From assembly GCF_009914755.1 (NCBI RefSeq), contig NC_060925.1: a stretch of 64,000 bases of DNA, one strand, 5' to 3'. Position numbers and translations under genes: made by a program. The notes under the pieces are model-generated. The model made no database searches. It was not told where the DNA came from and saw nothing but the letters and a program-made list of their open reading frames with translations. The DNA comes from the human T2T-CHM13v2.0 reference genome, Homo sapiens. Positions 43,501 through 56,600 of the stretch are shown here, piece after piece; within the stretch, counting starts at the first letter, position 1, and the number at the start of each line of letters is the position of its first letter.

Positions 43501-46500
43501 ATGAATCGAATGGAAACACCATCGAATTGAAACGAATGGAATTATCATGAAATTGAAATGGATGGACTCATCATCGAATGGATTCGAATGGAATCATCGA
43601 ATAAAATTGATTGAAATCATCATCGAATGGAATCGAATGGTATCATTGAATGGAATCGAATGGAATCATCATCAGATGGAAATGAATGGAATCGTCATAG
43701 AATGGAATCGAATGGATTCATTGAATGGAATCAGATGGAATCATCGAATGGACTGGAATGGAATCATTGAATGGACTCGAAAGGGATCATGATTGAATGG
43801 AATTGAATGGAATCATCGAATGGTCTCGATTGGAATCATTATCAAATGGAATCGAATGGAATCACCGAATAGAATCGAATGGAACAATCATCGAATGGAC
43901 TCAAATGGAATTATCCTCAAATGGAATCGAATGGAATTATCGAATGCAATCGAATGGAATTATCGAATGCAATCGAATAGAATCATCGAATGGACTCGAA
44001 TGGAATCATCGAATGGAATGGAATGGAACAGTCAATGAACACGAATGGAATCATCATTGAATGGAATCGAATGGAATCATCGAGTGGAATCGAATGGAAT
44101 TATGATCAAATGGAATCGAATGTAATCATCATCAAATGGAATCAAAAATAACCATCATCAATTGGTATTGAATGGAATTGTCATCAAATGGAATTCAAAG
44201 GAATCATCATCAAATGGAACCGAATGGAATCCTCATTGAATGGAAATGAAAGGGGTCATCATCTAATGGAATCGCATGGAATCATCACCAAATGGATTCG
44301 AATGGAATCATCATCAAATGGAATCTAATGGAATCATTGAACAGAATTGAATGGAATCGTCATCAAATGAATTGAATGCAATCATCGAATGGTCTCGAAT
44401 GGAATCATCTTCTAATGGAAAGGAATGGAATCATCGCATAGAATCGAATGGAATTATCATCGAATGGAATCGAATGGTATCAACACCAAACGGAAAAAAA
44501 CGGAATTATCGAATGGAATCGAAGAGAATCTTCGAACGGACCCGAATGGAATCATCTAATGGAATGGAATGGAATAATCCATGGACTCGAATGCAATCAT
44601 CATCGAATGGAATCGAATGGAATCATCGAATGGACTCGAATGGAATAATCATTGAACGGAATCGAATGGAATCATCATCGGATGGAAACGAATGGAATCA
44701 TCATCGAATGGAAATGAAAGGAGTCATCATCTAATGCAATTGCATGGAATCATCATCAAATGGAATCGAATGGAATCAACATCAAATGGAATCTAATGGA
44801 ATCATTGAACAGAATTGAATGGAATCGTCATCGAATGAATTGACTGCAATCATCGAATGGTCTCGAATGGAATCATCTTCAAATGGAATGGAATGGAATC
44901 ATCGCATAGAATCGAATGGAATTATCATCGAATGGAATCGAATGGAATCAACATCAAACGGAAAAAAACGGAATTATCGAATGGAATCGAAGAGAATCAT
45001 CGAATGGACCCGAATGGAATCATCTAATGGAATGGAATGGAATAATCCATGGACTCGAATGCAATCATCATCGAATGGAATCGAATGGAATCATCGAATG
45101 GACTCGAATGGAATAATCATTGAACGGAATCGAATGGAATCATCATCAGATGGAAATGAATGGAATCATCATCGAATGGAATCGAATAGAATTATGGAAT
45201 GAAATCCAGTGTGATCATCATCGAATGGACCCGAATGGAATCATCATCCAACGGAAGCTAATGGAATCAACATCGAATGAATCAAATGGAAACACCATCG
45301 AATTGAAACGAATGGAATTATCATGAAATTGAAATGGATGGACTCATCATCGAATGGATTCGAATGGAATCATCGAATAAAATTGATTGAAATCATCATC
45401 GAATGGAATCGAATGGTATCATTGAATGGAATCGAATGGAATCATCATCAGATGGAAATGAATGGAATCGTCATAGAATGGAATCGAATGGATTCATTGA
45501 ATGGAATCAGATGGAATCATCGAATGGACTGGAATGGAATCATTGAATGGACTCAAAAGGGATCATGATTGAATGGAATTGAATGGAATCATCGAATGGT
45601 CTCGATTGGAATCATTATCAAATGGAATCGAATGGAATCACCGAATAGAATCGAATGGAACAATCATCGAATGGACTCAAATGGAATTATCCTCAAATGG
45701 AATCGAATGGAATTATCGAATGCAATCGAATGGAATTATCGAATGCAATCGAATAGAATGATCGAATGGACTCGAATGGAATCATCGAATGGAATGCAAT
45801 GGAACAGTCAATGAACTCGAATGGAATCATCATTGAATGGAATCGAATGGAATCATCGATTGGAATCGAATGGAATTATGATCAAATGGAATCGAATGTA
45901 ATCCTCATCAAATGGAATCAAAAATAACCATCATCAATTGGTATTGAATGGAATTGTCATCAAATGGAATTCAAAGGAATCATCATCAAATGGAACCGAA
46001 TGGAATCCTCATTGAATGGAAATGAAAGGGGTCATCATCTAATGGAATCGCATGGAATCATCATCAAATGGAATCGAATGGAATCATCATCAAATGGAAT
46101 CTAATGGAATCATTGAACAGAATTGAATGGAATCGTCATCGAATGAATTGAATGCAATCATCGAATGGTCTCGAATGGAATCATCTTCTAATGGAAAGGA
46201 ATGGAATCATCGCATAGAATCGAATGGAATTATCATCGAATGGAATCGAATGGTATCAACACCAAACGGAAAAAAACGGAATTATCGAATGGAATCGAAG
46301 AGAATCTTCGAACGGACCCGAATGGAATCATCTAATGGAATGGAATGGAATAATCCATGGACTCGAATGCAATCATCATCGAATGGAATCGAATGGAATC
46401 ATCGAATGGACTCGAATGGAATAATCATTGAACGGAATCGAATGGAATCATCATCGGATGGAAACGAATGGAATCATCATCGAATGGAAATGAAAGGAGT

Positions 46501-49500
46501 CATCATCTAATGGAATTGCATGGAATCATCATAAAATGGAATCGAATGGAATCAACATCAAATGGAATCAAATGGAATCATTGAACGGAATTGAATGGAA
46601 TCGTCATCGAATGAATTGACTGCAATCATCCAATGGTCTCGAATGGAATCATCTTCAAATGGAATGGAATGGAATCATCGCATAGAATCGAATGGAATTA
46701 TCATCGAATGGAATCGAATGGAATCAACATCAAACGGAAAAAAACGGAATTATCGAATGGAATCGAAGAGAATCATCGAATGGACCCGAATGGAATCATC
46801 TAATGGAATGGAATGGAATAATCCATGGACTCGAATGCAATCATCATCGAATGGAATCGAATGGAATCATCGAATGGACTCGAATGGAATAATCATTGAA
46901 CGGAATCCAATGGAATCATCATCGGATGGAAATGAATGGAATCATCATCGAATGGAATCGAATAGAATTATGGAATGAAATCCAGTGTGATCATCATCGA
47001 ATGGACCCGAATGGAATCATCATCCAACGGAAGCTAATGGAATCAACATCGAATGAATCGAATGGAAACACCATCGAATTGAAACGAATGGAATTATCAT
47101 GAAATTGAAATGGATGGACTCATCATCGAATGGATTCGAATGGAATCATGGAATAAAATTGATGGAAATCATCATCCAATGGAATCGAATGGTATCATTG
47201 AATGGAATCGAATGGAATCATCATCAGATGGAAATGAATGGAATCGTCATAGAATGGAATCGAATGGATTCATTGAATGGAATCAGATGGAATCATCGAA
47301 TGGACTGGAATGGAATCATTGAATGGACTCGAAAGGGATCATGATTGAATGGAATTGAATGGAATCATCGAATGGTCTCGATTGGAATCATTATCAAATG
47401 GAATCGAATGGAATCACCGAATAGAATCGAATGGAACAATCATCGAATGGACTCAAATGGAATTATCCTCCAATGGAATGGAATGGAATTATCGAATGCA
47501 ATCGAATGGAATTATCGAATGCAATCGAATAGAATCATCGAATGGACTCGAATGGAATCATCGAATGGAATGGAATGGAACAGTCAATGAACTCGAATGG
47601 AATCATCATTGAATGGAATCGAATGGAATCATCGAGTGGAATCGAATGGAATTATGATCAAATGGAATCGAATGTAATCATCATCAAATGGAATCAAAAA
47701 TAACCATCATCAATTGGTATTGAATGGAATTGTCATCAAATGGAATTCAAAGGAATCATCATCAAATGGAACCGAATGGAATCCTCATTGAATGGAAATG
47801 AAAGGGGTCATCATCTAATGGAATCGCATGGAATCATCATCAAATGGAATCGAATGGAATCATCATCAAATGGAATCTAATGGAATCATTGAACAGAATT
47901 GAATGGAATCGTCATCGAATGAATTGAATGCAATCATCGAATGGTCTCGAATGGAATCATCTTCTAATGGAAAGGAATGGAATCATCGCATAGAATCGAA
48001 TGGAATTATCATCGAATGGAATCGAATGGTATCAACACCAAACGGAAAAAAACGGAATTATCGAATGGAATCGAAGAGAATCTTCGAACGGACCCGAATG
48101 GAATCATCTAATGGAATGGAATGGAATAATCCATGGACTCGAATGCAATCATCATCGAATGGAATCGAATGGAATCATCGAATGGACTCGAATGGAATAA
48201 TCATTGAACGGAATCGATTGGAATCATCATCGGATGGAAACGAATGGAATCATCATCGAATGGAAATGAAAGGAGTCATCATCTAATGGAATTGCATGGA
48301 ATCATCATAAAATGGAATCGAATGGAATCAACATCAAATGGAATCAAATGGAATCATTGAACGGAATTGAATGGAATCGTCATCGAATGAATTGACTGCA
48401 ATCATCCAATGGTCTCGAATGGAATCATCTTCAAATGGAATGGAATGGAATCATCGCATAGAATCGAATGGAATTATCATCGAATGGAATCGAATGGAAT
48501 CAACATCCAACGGAAAAAAACGGAATTATCGAATGGAATCGAAGAGAATCATCGAATGGACCCGAATGGAATCATCTAATGGAATGGAATGGAATAATCC
48601 ATGGACTCGAATGCAATCATCATCGAATGGAATCGAATGGAATCATCGAATGGACTCGAATGGAATAATCATTGAACGGAATCGAATGGAATCATCATCG
48701 GATGGAAATGAATGGAATCATCATCGAATGGAATCGAATAGAATTATGGAATGAAATCCAGTGTGATCATCATCGAATGGACCCGAATGGAATCATCATC
48801 CAACGGAAGCTAATGGAATCAACATCGAATGAATCGAATGGAAACACCATCGAATTGAAACGAATGGAATTATCATGAAATTGAAATGGATGGACTCATC
48901 ATCGAATGGATTCGAATAGAATCATCGAATAAAATTGATTGAAATCATCATCGAATGGAATCGAATGGTATCATTGAATGGAATCGAATGGAATCATCAT
49001 CAGATGGAAATGAATGGAATCGTCATAGAATGGAATCGAATGGATTCATTGAATGGAATCAGATGGAATCATCGAATGGACTGGAATGGAATCATTGAAT
49101 GGACTCGAAAGGGATCATGATTGAATGGAATTGAATGGAATCATCGAATGGTCTCGATTGGAATCATTATCAAATGGAATCGAATGGAATCACCGAATAG
49201 AATCGAATGGAACAATCATCGAATGGACTCAAATGGAATTATCCTCAAATGGAATCGAATGGAATTATCGAATGCAATCGAATGGAATTATCGAATGCAA
49301 TCGAATAGAATCATCGAATGGACTCGAATGGAATCATCGAATGGAATGGAATGGAACAGTCAATGAACACGAATGGAATCATCATTGAATGGAATCGAAT
49401 GGAATCATCGAGTGGAATCGAATGGAATTATGATCAAATGGAATCGAATGTAATCATCATCAAATGGAATCAAAAATAACCATCATCAATTGGTATTGAA

Positions 49501-50650
49501 TGGAATTGTCATCAAATGGCATTCAAAGGAATCATCATCAAATGGAACCGAATGGAATCCTCATTGAATGGAAATGAAAGGGGTCATCATCTAATGGAAT
49601 CGCATGGAATCATCACCAAATGGAATCGAATGGAATCATCATCAAATGGAATCTAATGGAATCATTGAACAGAATTGAATGGAATCGTCATCAAATGAAT
49701 TGAATGCAATCATCGAATGGTCTCGAATGGAATCATCTTCTAATGGAAAGGAATGGAATCATCGCATAGAATCGAATGGAATTATCATCGAATGGAATCG
49801 AATGGTATCAACACCAAACGGAAAAAAACGGAATTATCGAATGGAATCGAAGAGAATCTTCGAACGGACCCGAATGGAATCATCTAATGGAATGGAATGG
49901 AATAATCCATGGACTCGAATGCAATCATCATCGAATGGAATCGAATGGAATCATCGAATGGACTCGAATGGAATAATCATTGAACGGAATCGAATGGAAT
50001 CATCATCGGATGGAAACGAATGGAATCATCATCGAATGGAAATGAAAGGAGTCATCATCTAATGCAATTGCATGGAATCATCATCAAATGGAATCGAATG
50101 GAATCAACATCAAATGGAATCTAATGGAATCATTGAACAGAATTGAATGGAATCGTCATCGAATGAATTGACTGCAATCATCGAATGGTCTCGAATGGAA
50201 TCATCTTCAAATGGAATGGAATGGAATCATCGCATAGAATCGAATGGAATTATCATCGAATGGAATCGAATGGAATCAACATCAAACGGAAAAAAACGGA
50301 ATTATCGAATGGAATCGAAGAGAATCATCGAATGGACCCGAATGGAATCATCTAATGGAATGGAATGGAATAATCCATGGACTCGAATGCAATCATCATC
50401 GAATGGAATCGAATGGAATCATCGAATGGACTCGAATGGAATAATCATTGAACGGAATCGAATGGAATCATCATCAGATGGAAATGAATGGAATCATCAT
50501 CGAATGGAATCGAATAGAATTATGGAATGAAATCCAGTGTGATCATCATCGAATGGACCCGAATGGAATCATCATCCAACGGAAGCTAATGGAATCAACA
50601 TCGAATGAATCAAATGGAAACACCATCGAATTGAAACGAATGGAATTATC
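19540..50650 (+). repeat. Homogeneous core with a 7100-bp four-unit higher-order repeat (a-b-c-d = 1772+3x1776), interrupted at ~32.4-36.4 kb
   Basis: Diagnostic unit types recur at exactly 7100 bp: b 19999/27099 and 36447/43547; c 21775/28875 and 38223/45323; d 23551/30651 and 39999/47099; a 41775/48875. The 4-bp deletion recurs at ~19545/26645. Confidence 0.88.
33231..34550 (+). repeat. Triplicated 468-bp subunit (A, B/A hybrid, B) giving a 2244-bp unit
   Basis: Equivalent starts at 33231, 33699 and 34167. The middle copy begins B-type (TTGACTGCAATCATCCAA, ACATCCAACGG) and ends A-type (GGAAACGAATGG...GGAAATGAAAGGAGTC). 2244 = 1776+468. Confidence 0.9.
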
Positions 50651-53600
50651 ATGAAATTGAAATGGATGGACTCATCATCGAATGGATTCGAATGGAATCA
50701 TGGAATAAAATTGATGGAAATCATCATCCAATGGAATCGAATGGTATCATTGAATGGAATCGAATGGAATCATCATCAGATGGAAATGAATGGAATCGTC
50801 ATAGAATGGAATCGAATGGATTCATTGAATGGAATCAGATGGAATCATCGAATGGACTGGAATGGAATCATTGAATGGACTCGAAAGGGATCATGATTGA
50901 ATGGAATTGAATGGAATCATCGAATGGTCTCGATTGGAATCATTATCAAATGGAATCGAATGGAATCACCGAATAGAATCGAATGGAACAATCATCGAAT
51001 GGACTCAAATGGAATTATCCTCCAATGGAATGGAATGGAATTATCGAATGCAATCGAATGGAATTATCGAATGCAATCGAATAGAATCATCGAATGGACT
51101 CGAATGGAATCATCGAATGGAATGGAATGGAACAGTCAATGAACTCGAATGGAATCATCATTGAATGGAATCGAATGGAATCATCGAGTGGAATCGAATG
51201 GAATTATGATCAAATGGAATCGAATGTAATCATCATCAAATGGAATCAAAAATAACCATCATCAATTGGTATTGAATGGAATTGTCATCAAATGGAATTC
51301 AAAGGAATCATCATCAAATGGAACCGAATGGAATCCTCATTGAATGGAAATGAAAGGGGTCATCATCTAATGGAATCGCATGGAATCATCATCAAATGGA
51401 ATCGAATGGAATCATCATCAAATGGAATCTAATGGAATCATTGAACAGAATTGAATGGAATCGTCATCGAATGAATTGAATGCAATCATCGAATGGTCTC
51501 GAATGGAATCATCTTCTAATGGAAAGGAATGGAATCATCGCATAGAATCGAATGGAATTATCATCGAATGGAATCGAATGGTATCAACACCAAACGGAAA
51601 AAAACGGAATTATCGAATGGAATCGAAGAGAATCTTCGAACGGACCCGAATGGAATCATCTAATGGAATGGAATGGAATAATCCATGGACTCGAATGCAA
51701 TCATCATCGAATGGAATCGAATGGAATCATCGAATGGACTCGAATGGAATAATCATTGAACGGAATCGATTGGAATCATCATCGGATGGAAACGAATGGA
51801 ATCATCATCGAATGGAAATGAAAGGAGTCATCATCTAATGGAATTGCATGGAATCATCATAAAATGGAATCGAATGGAATCAACATCAAATGGAATCAAA
51901 TGGAATCATTGAACGGAATTGAATGGAATCGTCATCGAATGAATTGACTGCAATCATCCAATGGTCTCGAATGGAATCATCTTCAAATGGAATGGAATGG
52001 AATCATCGCATAGAATCGAATGGAATTATCATCGAATGGAATCGAATGGAATCAACATCCAACGGAAAAAAACGGAATTATCGAATGGAATCGAAAAGAA
52101 TCATCGAATGGACCCGAATGGAATCATGTAATGGAATGGAATGGAATAATCCATGGACTCGAATGCAATCATCATCGAATGGAATCGAATGGAATCATCG
52201 AATGGACTCGTATGGAATAATCATTGAACGGAATCGAATGGAATCATCATCGGATGGAAATGAATGGAATCATCATCGAATGGAATCGAATAGAATTATG
52301 GAATGAAATCCAGTGTGATCATCATCGAATGGACCCGAATGGAATCATCATCCAACGGAAACTAATGGAATCAACATCGAATGAATCAAATGGAAACACC
52401 ATCGAATTGAAACGAATGGAATTATCATGAAATTGAAATGGATGGACTCATCATCGAATGGATTAATGGAATCATCGAATAAAATTGATTGAAATCATCA
52501 TCGAATGGAATCGAATGGTATCATTGAATGGAATCGAATGGAATCATCATCAGATTGAAATGAATGGAATCGTCATAGAATGGAATCGAATGGATTCATT
52601 GAATGGAATCAGATGGAATCATCGAATGGACTGGAATGGAATCATTGAATGGACTCGAAAGGGATCATGATTGAATGGAATTGAATGGAATCATCGAATG
52701 GTCTCGATTGGAATCATTATCAAATGGAATCGAATGGAATCACCGAATAGAATCGAATGGAACAATCATCGAATGGACTCAAATGGAATTATCCTCAAAT
52801 GGAATCGAATGGAATTATCGAATGCAATCGAATAGAATCATCGAATGGACTCGAATGGAATCATCGAATGGAATGGAATGGAACAGTCAATGAACTCGAA
52901 TGGAATCATCATTGAATGGAATGAATGGAATCATCGAGTGGAATCGAATGGAATTATGATCAAATGGAATCGAATGTAATCATCATCAAATGGAATCAAA
53001 AATAACCATCATCAATTGGTATTGAATGGAATTGTCATCAAATGGAATTCAAAGGAATCATCATCAAATGGAACCGAATGGAATCCTCATTGAATGGAAA
53101 TGAAAGGGGTCATCATCTAATGGAATCGCATGGAATCATCATCAAATGGAATCGAATGGAATCATCATCAAATGGAATCTAATGTAATCATTGAACAGAA
53201 TTGAATGGAATCGTCATCGAATGAATTGAATGCAATCATCGAATGGTCTCGAATGGAATCATCTTCTAATGGAAAGGAATGGAATCATCGCATAGAATCG
53301 AATGGAATTATCATCGAATGGAATCGAATGGTATCAACACCAAACGGAAAAAAACGGAATTATCAAATGGAATCGAAGAGAATCTTCGAACGGACCCGAA
53401 TGGAATCATCTAATGGAATGGAATGGAATAATCCATGGACTCGAATGCAATCATCATCGAATGGAATCGAATGGAATCATCGAATGGACTCGAATGGAAT
53501 AATCATTGAACGGAATCGAATGGAATCATCATCGGATGGAAACGAATGGAATCATCATCGAATGGAAATGAAAGGAGTCATCATCTAATGGAATTGCATG

Positions 53601-56600
53601 GAATCATCATAAAATGGAATCGAATGGAATCAACATCAAATGGAATCAAATGGAATCATTGAACGGAATTGAATGGAATCGTCATCGAATGAATTGACTG
53701 CAATCATCCAATGGTCTCGAATGTAATCGTCTTCAAATGGAATGGAATGGAATCATCGCATAGAATCGAATGGAATTATCATCGAATGGAATCGAGTGGA
53801 ATCAACATCAAACGGAAAAAAACGGAATTATCGAATGGAATCGAAGAGAATCATCGAATGGACCCGAATGGAATCATCTAATGGAATGGAATGGAATAAT
53901 CCATGGACTCGAATGCAATCATCATCGAATGGAATCGAATGGAATCATCGAATGGACTCGAATGGAATAATCATTGAACGGAATCGAATGGAATCATCAT
54001 CGGATGGAAATGAATGGAATCATCATCGAATGGAATCGAATAGAATTATGGAATGAAATCCAGTGTGATCATCATCGAATGGACCCGAATGGAATCATCA
54101 TCCAACGGAAGCTAATGGAATCAACATCGAATGAATCAAATGGAAACACCATCGAATTGAAACGAATGGAATTATCATGAAATTGAAATGGATGGACTCA
54201 TCATCGAATGGATTCGAATGGAATCATCGAATAAAATTGATTGAAATCATCATCGAATGGAATCGAAGGGTATCATTGAATGGAATCGAATGGAATCATC
54301 ATCAGATGGAAATGAATGGAATCGTCATAGAATGGAATCGAATGGATTCATTGAATGGAATCAGATGGAATCATCGAATGGACTGGAATGGAATCATTGA
54401 ATGGACTCGAAAGGGATCATGATTGAATGGAATTGAATGGAATCATCGAATGGTCTCGATTGGAATCATTATCAAATGGAATCGAATGGAATCACCGAAT
54501 AGAATCGAATGGAACAATCATCGAATGGACTCAAATGGAATTATCCTCAAATGGAATCGAATGGAATTATCGAATGCAATCGAATGGAATTATCGAATGC
54601 AATCGAATAGAATGATCGAATGGACTCGAATGGAATCATCGAATGGAATGCAATGGAACAGTCAATGAACTCGAATGGAATCATCATTGAATGGAATCGA
54701 ATGGAATCATCGATTGGAATCGAATGGAATTATGATCAAATGGAATCGAATGTAATCCTCATCAAATGGAATCAAAAATAACCATCATCAATTGGTATTG
54801 AATGGAATTGTCATCAAATGGAATTCAAAGGAATCATCATCAAATGGAACCGAATGGAATCCTCATTGAATGGAAATGAAAGGGGTCATCATCTAATGGA
54901 ATCGCATGGAATCATCATCAAATGGAATCGAATGGAATCATCATCAAATGGAATCTAATGGAATCATTGAACAGAATTGAATGGAATCGTCATCGAATGA
55001 ATTGAATGCAATCATCGAATGGTCTCGAATGGAATCATCTTCTAATGGAAAGGAATGGAATCATCGCATAGAATCGAATGGAATTATCATCGAATGGAAT
55101 CGAATGGTATCAACACCAAACGGAAAAAAACGGAATTATCGAATGGAATCGAAGAGAATCTTCGAACGGACCCGAATGGAATCATCTAATGGAATGGAAT
55201 GGAATAATCCATGGACTCGAATGCAATCATCATCGAATGGAATCGAATGGAATCATCGAATGGACTCGAATGGAATAATCATTGAACGGAATCGAATGGA
55301 ATCATCATCGGATGGAAACGAATGGAATCATCATCGAATGGAAATGAAAGGAGTCATCATCTAATGGAATTGCATGGAATCATCATAAAATGGAATCGAA
55401 TGGAATCAACATCAAATGGAATCAAATGGAATCATTGAACGGAATTGAATGGAATCGTCATCGAATGAATTGACTGCAATCATCCAATGGTCTCGAATGG
55501 AATCATCTTCAAATGGAATGGAATGGAATCATCGCATAGAATCGAATGGAATTATCATCGAATGGAATCGAATGGAATCAACATCAAACGGAAAAAAACG
55601 GAATTATCGAATGGAATCGAAGAGAATCATCGAATGGACCCGAATGGAATCATCTAATGGAATGGAATGGAATAATCCATGGACTCGAATGCAATCATCA
55701 TCGAATGGAATCGAATGGAATCATCGAATGGACTCGAATGGAATAATCATTGAACGGAATCCAATGGAATCATCATCGGATGGAAATGAATGGAATCATC
55801 ATCGAATGGAATCGAATAGAATTATGGAATGAAATCCAGTGTGATCATCATCGAATGGACCCGAATGGAATCATCATCCAACGGAAGCTAATGGAATCAA
55901 CATCGAATGAATCGAATGGAAACACCATCGAATTGAAACGAATGGAATTATCATGAAATTGAAATGGATGGACTCATCATCGAATGGATTCGAATGGAAT
56001 CATGGAATAAAATTGATGGAAATCATCATCCAATGGAATCGAATGGTATCATTGAATGGAATCGAATGGAATCATCATCAGATGGAAATGAATGGAATCG
56101 TCATAGAATGGAATCGAATGGATTCATTGAATGGAATCAGATGGAATCATCGAATGGACTGGAATGGAATCATTGAATGGACTCGAAAGGGATCATGATT
56201 GAATGGAATTGAATGGAATCATCGAATGGTCTCGATTGGAATCATTATCAAATGGAATCGAATGGAATCACCGAATAGAATCGAATGGAACAATCATCGA
56301 ATGGACTCAAATGGAATTATCCTCCAATGGAATGGAATGGAATTATCGAATGCAATCGAATGGAATTATCGAATGCAATCGAATAGAATCATCGAATGGA
56401 CTCGAATGGAATCATCGAATGGAATGGAATGGAACAGTCAATGAACTCGAATGGAATCATCATTGAATGGAATCGAATGGAATCATCGAGTGGAATCGAA
56501 TGGAATTATGATCAAATGGAATCGAATGTAATCATCATCAAATGGAATCAAAAATAACCATCATCAATTGGTATTGAATGGAATTGTCATCAAATGGAAT

